Counted from the whole stretch's first letter, positions 1 through 13,793 are shown. The stretch is DNA of 63,540 nucleotides, filler included, from Bigelowiella natans CCMP2755 (GCA_000320545.1; 7 parts of 7 records of this genome joined end to end with filler, not necessarily neighbours in it); one strand, 5' to 3'. The notes: generated from the sequence alone by a model not told the origin. Numbers and translations are program-made.

Positions 1-36
<36 letters not shown>

Positions 37-261
37 CGAACAATCGAGAGAGGAATAGACGTTGCGCACACGAAGTATTCTGCACAACAACAACAACAAC
101 AACAAAGCGATTATCTCCAGATACAGACACCAATGCTGTGGCCATTCATTAATCATCATCATCATCATCATCATCCTCATCACCACGCTATAGTTAAGAA
201 CGTCATCAACCCCCCCCTTCCCTCCCCCCCCTCTCCTCTTCCTCCCCGCCCATTATTGCAG

Positions 262-686
262 ATATCCCTCCAACGCAGCTCTGGTTGCATTGTACGAGAA
301 GTGCTTCGAGAAAACGGTGAGGACATATACCTTCTAGAGCCGCAGCTATGATACAGCTCACTAGGGGAGGGAGAGCCTCATTATATAACGCTAGCAGTCT
401 CGCTTTCAAGCGAATTGTTATCATCGTCCTCTTCATGTTCATTGCTGCGGCTGACGTTGTTGTTCTTGTTGTTGTTGGTGGTGGTGGTGATGATGACGGT
501 GGGGCAGGTGCGGCAGTACACGTACGAAGTTTGCCTCTTCAAAGACTCCTACCAGAAGGAGGGCTCGTCGAGTAAGGCCGATGATGATGATGATGATGGT
601 GATGGTGGTGATGGTGATGATGATGATGATGATAATGATGATGATGATGGTGATGATGATGATGATGATAATGATGATGATGATGG

Positions 687-718
<32 letters not shown>

Positions 719-860
719 ATGATGATGATGATGATGATGACTGCGAGAATGATTATGACGATGATAAGACGCACGAGTACACGAACGAAACTCCGATGTG
801 AAGATGCGCCTTCATAAACTTCATTTTTACGCCGTTTAATATTAATAATTTTTAATTTTT

Positions 861-895
<35 letters not shown>

Positions 896-1100
896 TTAGT
901 ATATTCTTACACATATATGACAACCTTGGCCTGTAGTGCCAATGGCTAACTAACTACACCATATAATGATGATAACAGGGACAAGGCTTGGAAACTTTGA
1001 TGCATACGACGAGGCCACGAAGAAGATGAGGTTGGAGAATGCTCGCTCATCAATGAGAGATATTGATTGTATATAATATATATATATATATATATATGTA

Positions 1101-1144
<44 letters not shown>

Positions 1145-1156
1145 GGGTATTGATTG

Positions 1157-1188
<32 letters not shown>

Positions 1189-1384
1189 CCATTTATATTA
1201 TTCGTCAGCTTCAAGAACGGCCAAACATGCTGGAATGGGCCTGCAAGGTACTCGATACTTCATTCACCACCATCGTCATCGTCATCATCATCATCATCAT
1301 CACGATTGACTTCTGATGGAGAGAGGAAAGCACATGAAGGGGTCCAAATAGAGCAGAGCAGGGATAATGACAGCGATGGAGAAA

Positions 1385-1428
<44 letters not shown>

Positions 1429-2091
1429 GAGAGAGAGAATGAGCACCCTTACTCTGCAATGTTTTTCATTTCTTCGCGCGCCTGAGCTTCATACGCACGA
1501 ACTCCTTTGCACGCATACTCACCCCTTCACTTGTCGCTTTCGCTATAATTGCCTCTCATCGAATCGCATCGCGTGTGAAGGTCCCTCACCGTATCGCTGG
1601 AATGTGGGGCGGAGACAGTCTTAGGCAGCGTGGTAATGCGAATAAAACGAGCACAGACAAAACAAGCACTGCGCAGCGATTTTTCACTCCAATCTAGCGT
1701 GGTGGTTTGCGGTGAATATTGATGCCTTACCTTCGTAATAATACTGAGAGGGAACACTGCTCGCCGCTTTGCTCTCAGGACGAGCCGTCTAAGTGCGTGT
1801 ACGCGACCACGCTCAAAACCCCCGTAGTTTGCGATCCCGACGAGGTACGTGCCAGCGACTGACCGCACCATGAAGAAGCAAACCATGCTGATTGAGCAGC
1901 CTGCATTCCTTTTTCGCTCGCTCCTTCTCGCCGCCCCCGCTCTTCGAGCATGGGAGAGACAATGATGCTCTGTCGTGGCCGGGCAAGTGCGCGTGCGCGT
2001 GTGCGGTGCTGTGATGCCTACCTTTTTGGAACATTGTTGCTTGTAGGCGAAGAAGCTTGAGGACATCGTGCAGGCAATACAGCGCGGTTAG
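262..2091 (+). CDS. PRKCSH: Glucosidase II beta subunit-like, C-terminal MRH domain (5' part upstream or unresolved). Exons about 262-316, 508-571, 979-1030, 1209-1247, 1581-1632, 1779-1844, 2047-2091
   Basis: GT-AG exons join in phase to ALYEKCFEKTVRQYTYEVCLFKDSYQKEGSSRTRLGNFDAYDEATKKMSFKNGQTCWNGPARSLTVSLECGAETVLGSVDEPSKCVYATTLKTPVVC, matching the PRKCSH MRH pattern (NGQTCWNGP, EPSxCxY). Confidence 0.9.
585..740. repeat. Intronic (GAT/GGT)n trinucleotide array
   Basis: Visible tandem GAT/GGT units between PRKCSH exons; source of spurious poly-D/M/I ORFs. Confidence 0.95.
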
Positions 2092-2215
2092 CATGCGGGC
2101 CGAGTTTCAGTCACACCGGGTGCTGGTGCTGCTGCTGCTGAGAGCGGAGGATTTGCCCAATAGCTTGTTTGTCTAGTTACACCAAGCGGAGAACAACAAA
2201 TGTATTTATGCATGC

Positions 2216-2257
<42 letters not shown>

Positions 2258-2262
2258 CATAT

Positions 2263-3050
2263 CTGTGCATGCACGCACGCTTTCGGAGGTTCCAATGCTT
2301 GTCATTGAGGCCATTGGGATGTGCCGTGTCTAGCGTATACGGCTATCTAGCTATTTGCACTGCTAGAGATCTAGAGATGTTAATGCCTGCCATGTCTTGC
2401 TAGCTTGCACTCCAGTCTAACTTGTAGCATCTAATTGCGACAACCAGATGCAACAGCGCATCGATCAACACTAGCTAGAGTATTCCAGCATCGCTGCTCA
2501 ATCCTTCCGCGCCAATGACAGACACACGCACATGCATGTTACAATGTCCAGAATGTGACACATGCACAAGTGCAAATGCTGTACGTGCAAGATGTACGTG
2601 TCGATGTGTCCACAGTGCCAATGACCATGCTAGCATGGTAGCTAGCTCTCATGCTAGCTTGTATACGCAACGGATGACTATAGCTGGCAGCTAGCTATGC
2701 GGCTGTTCGATCTCATCTAGTCATGAGAGAGCTGATCGATTAGGCTAGCTAGCTAGCAGCATCCATTGTGCGCACAGCGAGCTAGAACTACTAGAGCAAG
2801 CTAGCAAGGAGCTGCGTGCGGCTAACCAGTAACGAGGGATGCAGCCATTCGCAGCAGAAAGCTGCCGCCTGCTACGTACAACAACAAAGCTAAGACGGCA
2901 CAGGCTAGCAGGCTAGCAGGTCCCATGATTAGGTAAAGCATAAGCGAAGCCTTGACTTCTATGCAATGCGCGTCTTTTAGCTTTTACTCAAAAATTAAAA
3001 TACCATGCACGCGTGCATTAGCGGTAGGCATGCATCCATTCTAGCATTTA
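2263..3050. other. Intergenic CATG/TGCA/CTAG/AGCT-rich island between convergent PRKCSH and PLAC8
   Basis: Dense gctagc/gcatgc/atcgat words, no long SSRs, no credible ORF. Confidence 0.75.
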
Positions 3051-3473
3051 CGCACATATAGCATAGTTCTCCAAAATCAAACGACCTATAATAACAACAA
3101 GGTGATACAACACAATGACGGCATTTCGAAGCATATCTCCTTCTTCCAATAAACGAAAGCTCTTTATTTGCAACCCGCTCATTCTATTAACAGCTTTATG
3201 CCCGCCTTTGTGTCGGGTCTTCGCAATAGGCAAAGCAGCACTTTCCACACTGAAAAAAAAATATACTCAGCGCCAGAGAATCAGTCGCCAGGCAAAATCT
3301 CACCCAGTGAATATCTGGAGTATATATATATATATATATATATATAAACAATATACACAAACTAGAAAGCGTATGTTATCCATAAAAGCTAGGACGATGA
3401 GCTACGGTTTGTGTGTGCTTGCGGCAGAGGAAGGGCTCCTTACTCCGCCACGTAGTAACAACCCCACTAATCC

Positions 3474-4556
3474 TCAAAACTCCTCATCACATTCATCACC
3501 GCCTACCATGTATGCATAGGCAGAACATATTACATCGCACGTGTCATCGTAGCGAAACTCGGTCCTATCCATCTGGGAGAGCACGCATAAGCTGCAGAAC
3601 GTTCTGTATGTGGCGGAAACAGTGATAAGAGAAACCGGTGGGGGGGGGGGGAGGGGGGGAGGGGGAAAGAGGAAATAGCGTCCACATCAGTACTTGTAGG
3701 CGAAATATGCTTCATGATACCGCTATAACCGAGCACGATTTTCGTTTTTTTAATAATTTGAGGATGGGTGTCTGAGAGGGGCTACTACTCTCCTTACGCT
3801 ACATACGTCGCAACCGGCTGGAAGCTATTCCAGTCGGAAGCGGTGGCCTTTTCTACTTTTTCTATTCTAATGTTCGTTCTTCTTATTATCTGCGTCGTCG
3901 ATATATTACACAGCACAGCAATCTGGAAGGCCCTCGCAGCCGCACGGGGGCTCTGCTGGTTGGTGGCCATCTTCCATACAACAAGGCCTTGTACTGCATA
4001 ACACGCAATAGAGGCCGGTCAAATTTGGCATTGGCTGATAATAATACTACAGAGCGGCTGGTTGATGTCTCCACCGAGTCTCGCTGCTATTTGCATTTTC
4101 GTTGTCAAACTAGACAGCAGCACTTACGGGGTCTTGATGTTGTACTTGTCGCGAAATCGTTTCCTTTGATGATAATCAAATTCCAAACATCATTCTCAGC
4201 GGAAAAGGAGACAGACCACGCGCTCGCTTGTCAATATAATACCTCGTTCCCCAAAGCAGGCAGCAGTTGGAGATTCCCATGATGTAAGACGCCATTGAGC
4301 AGAGGAATGCTATCACCGGGAGAAACGAGAACTGTTCATGTAGGTAAGCATAATGCACGGCTTCAGTCGGTCGTTACAGACACCAAGAAACAGAGGAACT
4401 TACAAGCCTAGAAAGTAGATCTAGCCAAGCTGGTAGAGCGTAGAAGCAGCAGTTGGGCCAAAACTTTGATTCGATGCCGCAGAAGCTGCATTAGCAGGAG
4501 AGGAGGAGAGAGAGAGAAAGGATGTTTTCAATTAGCTCTTTGTAACACGAGAGTGC

Positions 4557-4598
<42 letters not shown>

Positions 4599-5060
4599 TG
4601 GTGGTATAGCATGTATATCAATCCGTACTTCGGTTCCCTAATTCCAGTGCTAGCCCTGATTCTGGCAATGGTGAAACATGGGCAAATCCAGCTCATCAAG
4701 CAGCTCGGAGCGCACTGAGAGAAGCAGTCACAAAACCCCGTCCCCCATCGCTTCTTTCCTTCGGCCATGTCGTCGTCAACCAGCGGCACTCCAGATGGGC
4801 CTCCCGCGACAGCCTAATCGCAGCAGAGATTCACCGACGTAACATCGCTGCCGAAGAGGTGCTGGTAAGAAGGGAGGGGGAAAGCCAACCTGTGCAAAAG
4901 GAGGGTCATTCTGAACATCTACCGCAATCGCTTCAACTGCCACTGGCTGAGCCTGAACGACAGGATGCATAGGCATAGGGTCATTAGTTGAAGGGTCTTC
5001 TTCATCGTGAAGCGGCTGGTGCGCTCCCGCCCCCTGCGGAACTTGGGGATACAGGGACAT
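3474..5060 (-). CDS. PLAC8 family cysteine-rich membrane protein (multi-exon; 3' end approximate)
   Basis: ATG at 5060 (MSLYPQVPQG...). Exons encode WGTGFCDCFSQCAPSCLMSWICPCFTIARIR and TFCSLCVLSQMDR, the two PLAC8 Cys motifs. Confidence 0.8.
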
Positions 5061-5520
5061 AGGTGTAGGGAGAGGAAGGAGCTGTTAAAAGATATTTTTT
5101 TAAGATATTCCCATAAGAAGAAAATCAGAAAGAATACCGCTTCTCCTCTACAAATATTTTCTGCGACAACAAAAAATGAATGTCGCATTAATATATACAA
5201 GATATTTTGAAGGCAAACTCGCGAAAAGCCGGGTTGGTGTTCGGCATAGCGATTATCAGGGTTCCGGTTTCTTTGAGGAAAGGAAGAAAATTATTGTCGC
5301 ATATATGAAATTGTCCTGTGTTCTACAATGAAAAAGAAAAAGGACTCTAACTCTGCGCAGTCATTAGCTGCGACTTGAATTTAGCAACTCGCACGTGGTA
5401 TAAAAGCTTGATAATGCTGGCTACTCTCTTCCTTTGATTCATCGTCGTCCGGATTCACCGACGGCGGCAACTGAGAAGCTTTGGTCATCATCGTCATCAT
5501 CATCATCAGCAGCAATCAAC

Positions 5521-6400
5521 TCGATTGACAGCACACTTTGTCATGATTTGCATGGGTGTGGCGATTTTTGAGCCTGTTGTTTCCGTCTACCATCTGCACA
5601 TGGTTTGTGTTGCAATTGCAAAACTGTGTGATTGGACAATTCCACAATTTCAACATCGAAACATCACGCATCTAGCTCACATGCAATCTGCCTCCATCAA
5701 GCTAGCGAGGTGCTCATGACCAGACGACGACACGAATGCGCCACTGGGCAGCGATCATGTGGTTTGGATTCTCACATTTTGTCAGCACTGCACGCAATGA
5801 GCAAGGCACAGCCTGTTCCAGTGTTGTCAGCAGCCAACCGTGGTGCAAATTTCAACATCTCAACGTGCAGTGCCAGAGTGCTGCACCGCAGCTCGCGTTG
5901 CATTGCCATGAAGACAGCATGCCGCCAGCATGCCTGCGGTAGAGGTCATGATGGTGCATTGGCCAGATGGCATTGCAAAAATGAAGCAGTGGTGACCGCT
6001 AGACCGCTAGACCGGCCATGCTAGCATGCATGCAAGGTCGACAATCAAAGTGACCTGCACTCCTAGACTCAGCTGCTGCAAAAGCTTTGCAGTTTCAGTG
6101 TTCAATGCACCCGTCTAGCCGTGCAGACATGCTAGCGTGCATGCACAACACACTGCGTGCGTCCGATCGAAACTTCTGTCCTTGTTTAGCTTGCAACATG
6201 TGCCAGCGATTGTGTGGTGATCCACAGCTAACAGTTAGGAGCGCAGCGTGCTACATCGTGACAGACAGTGACATTTTTGAGATCGATCGCTGCAAAATGT
6301 TCATCTTAGCGCACGTCATCGCAGCGTTGCAAAGTGAAGCGCATCATGTACTGCGGCCCATGCTAGCATGCTAGCATGCACATCGTGTCTTCAGAGAGAA
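5521..6400. other. Intergenic TpA-depleted island
   Basis: 10 TA dinucleotides in 5521-6180, all flanked by G/C on both sides; rich in CATG/TGCA/CTAG. Confidence 0.8.
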
Positions 6401-6799
6401 TTTCATCAAGATTAGATTTTTCCTAATCAAACCGAATATTTACTGGAACGATGGTAACAGATGTGCTGTCATAATTGTCAAAAGCTTTAGTACGCTATCC
6501 TTGCCAGAATTTCGGCAAAACTAACAAGAGGTTCAACCCCCTTTTGACATGCTCACAATCGCCGAGTAAGTACCCATGAAACCCGTGATAAGCGCGTAAC
6601 ACACCATGAACCGCGACCAAAGCCTGATGTGAGGTGGAAGCTTTCAGGAGAAAACGAGTTAAAATCTCCAGAATCTGATGATCTCATTGATGATTACACA
6701 AAACGCGATTACAAGAAGCATGTCGAATCATCACGCGTTCGCACAACACGTGCCACATCATCCAGTACCGCTGAAGACAAGAAGCCGTCTCTATCACAT

Positions 6800-7591
6800 A
6801 TATGAACCTAAACAAATGTAAGAATGCAAAACCGTAACGCTCTCTTTCTTCTTCGCGACAACGAGCATGTTGTAATTCAGCGCCATCTATATCGCCCCCT
6901 AATCCCCCCCCCCCCCCCCCCGTTTACGTACATGGCATGCATGGGCACATCAGAAAGCTCGATGATGCAATCAAAGTACACTCATCAAAAGATTGGTGAT
7001 TAGAACTTAGTGCTACGACATCAGATTGGGGAAAAGGTAAACAATGAAGGAGTTCATAAGAGCGCCTATCAAACCGATGAAAGCACCTAGAGACGCACAC
7101 AAGCGCGCAATCAGAGGCAAGATGCTAACACATACCGCTGCACACTTAATTAGTTCAACAACAATAATAGATAGAAAAATAAAAAAAAACTCACGCAATC
7201 GATACAGCATTTCAAGGCAGCATCACATCTCCCAGGGAATGGGTAAAGCAGCTATCCCTGGCCACACAACCGACGAATCTACACCGAGCGCTAATTATCG
7301 TTTCTCAAGTCATCCAGGCTGGGTACTACCGAAGCTTGGCATCACATATGCGAACACGAAGGCCAATATCTGCGCAGAAGATGACAATGACGAGGAGGAG
7401 GAGGAGGAGGAGGGCAAATAATCGCGGACTTCTCAGCTTCAAGCGGCATCTTATCACGCACCATTGACAGGTTAACTACTACAATGTGCTGGCTGTTTAC
7501 AATAAGACTATCAACGACGCATGCAGCGCTAAAGCTGAAACTGCATTGCGATAGATGTATGGAAATACTCGCCGATTACACACACATACAC

Positions 7592-7632
<41 letters not shown>

Positions 7633-8384
7633 GTCTATATAACCATATAATACCGTATATGATATAATATGTGTGGTGTGTATGCTGCGAGTGTGTTGTG
7701 CGTGTTGAGTTTAAAAGCACACGAATTCTCCACTGCTACCGGGAAAACAACTCTGCACGCAACCAGCAGAAGCTGTTTGGAAGCTGAAAGGCGATGCTCC
7801 TGTATTGTACCCCGACCCTAAGAGTAAGAACGCTCTCACTTATCCATTTTCCATGAGATCATATACAAAGTTCTCTTTCTATATCTCTATCCCCCCCCCC
7901 GCCCCATCTTCCTCTCCCTCTCTATGTTTCCTACCTCTCCTTGCGTGTACGATCTCCGAACAGCCTCGTTGTTGTTTCTGCTCGGAAGGAGGGTGGGAGG
8001 GGGGTCGTCAGCTACATGGCATAGCTCATTTCTGACAGCATCCTCTCCTTCGCATCCTGCTCCTAACACTGCCAGAGTCGCCGGCACGGGCAAGCAAATC
8101 ATCATCAACTTACCAAAACGGATTTGAACTTAACATACAGTTTGAAGAGTTTACAATACAGCGGTTGCAGATTCGTCACATGCAGTCTTTCTGTGCATGC
8201 TGCGCAAGTGGTAGTGTCACTTACAGGCAGCTTGGTTCTCCCGTGAGCGTTGGTGGGTGAAGGTGCGGAGGTCCTTCGTTGGTGATGCTTCTGACGTGGA
8301 ATGTTGGTAGGCCGTTAGATAGGCAGCCTCGTGATGATGATGGTGGCTGTGATGATGAGGATGACAATGATGATGATGATGATG

Positions 8385-8418
<34 letters not shown>

Positions 8419-8423
8419 GGATG

Positions 8424-8455
<32 letters not shown>

Positions 8456-9438
8456 GATGAGGATGATGATGATGATGATGAGGATGGGGATGATGAGGAT
8501 GATGATGATGATGAGGATGAGGATGATGATGATGATGGTGATGATGATGATGAGGATGATGATGATGATGATGAGGATGAGGATGATGATGATGACAATG
8601 ATGATGATAATGGCGATGAGGATGATGATAATGATGTTGGTTGATACTTTGGGACGAATGAAACAGCAGCGATTCATAGGAAGAATACGTCTGGTAGTTT
8701 ACCTACCACGTATGTTACGCTTGCGTGCAGGAAAAGTGGATGGCGATGTGGCGCATCGCCTCATCCCCCCCCCCCCTCAACCCCCCCTCTCCCCCCCTTA
8801 TTTCTGTGGGCAGACGTGAGATCAACACGTGCAGTGATATAAGTCGCGCGTGGAAATCAATATAATGAACCCATTATGATATTTCGCAGTACAAGTGCAA
8901 TGTGAAGACATAAAGGGAGGACCGCCTTCTACTACTTACTATGCCCTTCTTCTCTATAAAGCGCTTCCTACCAGAATGGCGGTCACTACGAGAGTCAGCG
9001 AGTAGCATAAAACCGCAATCTGCCCATCAACATTATTGCCAACATTAATGCAGAATTACAGTACCGAACGACCGTACGACCGTCTCTACCTCTTCCCCCC
9101 CCCCCCCCCCCCCCCCGCCGCCTCCCCCTTTGTACACGATTGCAAGACGAGTGGAACTTACCTTGTTGATTAGCTTAGCGTGATTCATACTGAGAGTCAG
9201 CTCGGCCTCGACGCCATCCTGGGGAGAGAATGGCGTGGTTTGTGTTGTTGAAAACGATGCAAGATGCATTTCAAGCCGGGCACATCGGCGCACGCAGCGC
9301 AGTATGGGCATGAGCGCTGAACATTATCGTCTCGTCAGTCCGTTCACTACAGCCTGCATGTACCTCATAAAGCGAGTATCCGAAGATAGCAACCGTTATG
9401 TATGCTAGGGTGAATAGACCTGGTTGGAAGGTTGCGTG

Positions 9439-9480
<42 letters not shown>

Positions 9481-10112
9481 CGCGCGCGCGCGTGTGCTTG
9501 TGCGAGTCTCCAAACACACATGTTTTGGCAACCCCCTCCCCTCCCCAACAGCCCCCTCAATAATATTAGAAATCGGAAGATTTGTGCCTATTTTAGAGTG
9601 CGCAGAGTAAATCTCAGCGCCGGCAGCAGCGGCAGCAGCATTGCGAACAAACCCATCGTCGTCAGGAGCACGATTCTCTTCCTCCTTGCATCTCCTATTG
9701 CCAGTGCTACAGGGGCCCATACCACCATGATCTAGGAAGAACAGCCATGCACAAACCACACGAGTAGCAAAGCACCAATCGAATTCGCAGCAATCAAGAT
9801 CAGCCTCTCCTCGAGGTGTTGTCACGTCCAACCCCCCTCCCTCCTCACAGAAAACCAAGCGCATGCTCCTGCATCTATCGTCGCGCATTCGCCGCTCTCT
9901 GACCCCCTCGCTCGAGAAAGCTGCGATGCCAAGAGCTATGGGGAGGGTGTCCGGTTTGTAAACGTCCGACTTTGAAGTGAAGATCCTCCCGATGTGCTCA
10001 ACCTAAGGGGAAAAGAAACACGCGCGCGCGCGCGCGTGGGGGCAACCAAAGCACCGCGGAGAGACCAGCAGATGAGAACTGCAAACGGCATGAAAGCTGA
10101 TATTATATATCA

Positions 10113-10149
<37 letters not shown>

Positions 10150-10702
10150 ATATATGTGATATATCCGGTGGAAAATCGCAGCCTTCGTTCAAAGCACTCT
10201 ACAATCACCCAATGAATGGGTGATGATGACCCCGTGGCACTCTCACCGAATCAATGAGTGATGATGACCCCGAAGGGGGGGGGGGGGGGGGCAAAGAGGC
10301 GACTCATATCATTGATCGCGCACGCAATACTACCATTCCCTCTGTGATGCTCACGCTAAGAAGAAGAAACACGAAGGCAATGCCAAACGCCAGGCCGAAC
10401 ATACCTAGAGAGGCAATCCAGCAGTGAGATTGTAGATTCGATTCAGAGAGATTAGCACAGGCACCCATTTTACTATCTGGCAATCTATTTTGTTGTCATT
10501 ATCTCCATCATCATCGTCGCCATCATCACCATCATTGCGAACATCGTGATTCTGCTCATTTCATCCTAGAGCGGGATACGAGCAGCAGCAAGCAAGGGAG
10601 CGTCGTACGTTTCGGGGGGTGCTAATTTGCCGCACCTACCATCATTCCTACAACTACTCTTACTACTACTACAACGACAACGCTGGAAATACTACTCAAT
10701 TT

Positions 10703-10744
<42 letters not shown>

Positions 10745-10955
10745 ACATATATTAATATTTATATATACATATATTCCATAGAACTATATGATACTCTCTC
10801 TGATATTCTCACTCGAATACGCAAAATAATCGAGCCTTGCTAAGAACTGCATTGGAACAAGGAACAGGGCTGCATGCGTAGGAGGAGAGAAAAACAAAAT
10901 CAGGAACCCTCAGCACAAGATGAGCACACCACACGAATATGGGCATTTCGCAAAA

Positions 10956-10993
<38 letters not shown>

Positions 10994-13150
10994 TATATAT
11001 TATATTTATAAGAGATACAAGAGATGTCTTCTTTTGCCAGCTGCTACCACGCGAAGTACCCATCGAGAGGCCAGAGACCCATGGTTTTACACCGAGATAC
11101 GCGTGCAGATTGTCTTGCACGAACTTGTTGTACGCGACGCTACTTCCAAAGCAGCCCACGCATATGCAAAACGCCGCAATTCTGGAGAGAAGAAAGAGGC
11201 CGATTAGACGCACTAGACACAAGGCAACGGCGAGTGGAATTGTGATGATGATGTTGATGATAATAATGATGATAATGATAATAATGATAATAATGATAAT
11301 AATGATAATAATAATATAGTGCGAAATAAATGCGAGTGTTGTTTTTGATTGTTTGTTTGTTTGTTTGTTTCTCCCAACCCCCTTCCCCTTCTCCCAGGTG
11401 CGAGCTAAGGGCCTAGCAAATTAGTAGTTGTTGTTGGTTTTTATGTCTCGGTCAATGCTGGAAATGACAATGATGCTGAATGAACGTAAAGCTTCAAAAT
11501 CGATACGCGCATCCCTACCGGCTGAATCTCTTCCCAAGAGCTCCTTCTGTGATGGCTACATACGTGTCAGCCTGGGGATGCTGGTGCTGATGGTCACGCT
11601 GGTGACGGTGCCGTTGGTGCTGCGGCGAAGATGAGTGCGGGGAGGCCGTAGAGGAAGTGAGCAATGAGCTTCCTTGATTCGCTAGATATTGCCTCTCAAC
11701 GTCTTGCTGCTGACAACCTGCGGCGAGTTTTACATAGCCGGAGATCGACGATCCGAAGTTGTTCTTCGCGTCTCTGCCATTTACCTGAATGGCGGCAACG
11801 GTACAGAATCACTCTCGACTCGTGTTTGCAAGATGCGTTTGATGATAACTGTTTCTTCACCACCATTAGCGACAGTGTCGGGTTCTCTTCGTTGTCCCCC
11901 CCCCCCCGTCCAGCAGTGCTATGTGGCAGTTCGAAAGGTACTGATGCAGCTTTGCAAATCGTATCCTGCTCGTTGATTAGGAGCTTGCTGCTGCCGGCGT
12001 CCATTGTGAAGCTTTGTTCTCCTTAAAAAAGAGAGATTATGGTGAGGTATATGTTAATAATTGTCATCTCCAAGGAAAGCAAGTAGTTTTTCTTTTGTTT
12101 TCTCTTTCAGTGGGCGATGATTACTTTCCTCACTGTCACCGTCATTATCCCCATTCATACGATCATGCTTGGTTATGCTACACTGATCTATCACCGCAGG
12201 TATGTATCCTCAACACAGCCAACCGCGCACATATAGTCGCGTGGATGCCAATTGACCGTGTTTAGAGTCTTCTTCGTCAGAAATATCGTTCCCATGATCC
12301 TCCCTATCCTCTTTTCTCCTGCTCACAAGCACATGCTGCACTTGATCCAGACGATGCACAGAGTCCGTAACCATGATCATACTGAGCAGAGAGATGTTCA
12401 TATATAACTTTACGAAGCGGAAAGTCGTTCAGAGAGAAACCCGAGGACAAGGCGCGCTCTACGTGCATGGCTGAATTCGCCGAGGGTGAACATTGCTGGC
12501 CCACCCTCGCGAGCGATGTCGCGATTTCAATGCTTGGATGTATTTCCGAACTCACTCCGTTGTTTTGAATGACGACGAGTTAGCAGCCTGGCGTGGCCAG
12601 ATACTACTACTAAGAATCTACCTTAAAACAAACATCGCAAGGCCTGTCACAACACCAGCCGATTTGAGCATGAAAGGCATTGCCATCATACCTAAGAATA
12701 CCCGCGATCATTAGTTAAAGTTAGCCCTTTTTCATGGCCAGCATCACCGTTATCATTGCAGTCGTTTGTTGACGGCAATTCACCCACTCACATCTGATCT
12801 GGCTGCTTATTACCGATTCCCCAGTTTGACTTAAGTACGAAGAAAACCGCCCCCAGAATCCCCAGCTGTTTCGCATCCGCTGCAGCCCCTCGTTGGGGGC
12901 CTGGCTGCATCGATGACACCGCGTATGTCTAAAACCAGATGTGAGACTTTCTTAGCTCTCAAGTTTCCTTGACCTTTGGAAGATTTATGATTTTCTTACC
13001 AGGCACCCCTTTACGTATGGGGTATATCAACCAAGAACTCCGTATGATAGGCTCCGTACTCGATTTGGTGGTCCCTTCCCTCCCCCCTCTCTTCCTGTGC
13101 ATCAACTACTGGCCAGTGCTCTAACTGGAACAAGCAGGCAGTAGTGGCAA
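6800..13150 (-). CDS. Amino acid transporter, Aa_trans/AAAP family; highly intron-rich; both ends approximate
   Basis: Exons in expected TM order: LGMMAMPFMLKSAGVVTGLAMFVL (~12620-12690), ADTYVAITEGALGKRFS (~11520-11570), CVGCFGSSVAYNKFVQDNL (~11110-11170), LAYITVAIFGYSLY (~9365-9410), DGVEAELTLSMNHAKLINK, IAVLCYSLTLVVTAIL, ILAFVFAYVMPSF, GAFIGLIGALMNSFIVYLFP (~7030-7090). Confidence 0.8.
8330..8640. repeat. Intronic (GAT/GAG)n trinucleotide array
   Basis: Visible tandem GAT/GAG units. Confidence 0.95.
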
Positions 13151-13449
13151 CAACTATTACAACACTTTTATAAATAACAATGATCTGTCCTGTCGCAGAC
13201 GAATTTTGGATCACGTTTTTGGCATATTCCAGCTGGAATGATAAAAATCGGCCTCTACAAACATCGGCGAGTCGCAGATTCATTATTGCCGTTATTTTTG
13301 GTATAATTAAGGGTTGAAAAGTTCGGAATTTAAAAAATCGGCCACAAGAAGCCTTCATCTTCCGACGACGAGACTGCCGTTTGCTCGACTTATCCGCGCC
13401 CCCCCGCGCAGGGCCAAAGTGCTGACTGATCGCATGGATCAGTCGCTCA

Positions 13450-13749
13450 TATGACTAGCGACTCTGGGGCCGGACTATCTTGCGGTATGCTTGCCATTGT
13501 GAAGGCGAAAAAAGAAACGAAGAGCTGCAAGCGCGGAGGTTTCATCCTCCTTCAAAAACCAGGGAGATGACTTTCTGATCGTGATGAAGTGGAGGCGGCC
13601 TAGTTTACGCAGTAATACTGCTGTCGGTAGCATCGGCTGGGGTCAAACAGTAGCTGTGCTCGTCCTCATTACAGCTTCGTACGACAGAAGGTGAGAAACT
13701 ACGCAAATCATGCGTCCTAAAGAATGTAAAATAACGAGCAAAATAACCC

Positions 13750-13793
<44 letters not shown>

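Noticed and set aside
415-817. Poly-Asp/Met/Ile/Ser ORFs here and at 8221-8819
   Set aside because: Translations of intronic trinucleotide repeats.
2263-3050. Islands as a MITE or introner family
   Set aside because: No shared terminal inverted repeats, TSDs or alignable bodies found by eye, and they are intergenic rather than intronic; a computational all-vs-all is still advisable.
2263-3050. Islands as simple CpG-decay products
   Set aside because: CG remains fairly common (about 35 in ~780 bp by eye); the depleted word is W-flanked TA.
6650-6810. Plus-strand exon (ENELKSPESDDLIDD...)
   Set aside because: Overlaps the likely 3' end of the minus-strand transporter; no start or motif support.
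13424-13444. Small hairpins (13424-13444, ~43676-43690, ~44321-44336)
   Set aside because: Stems of 6-8 bp are expected by chance in 63 kb.
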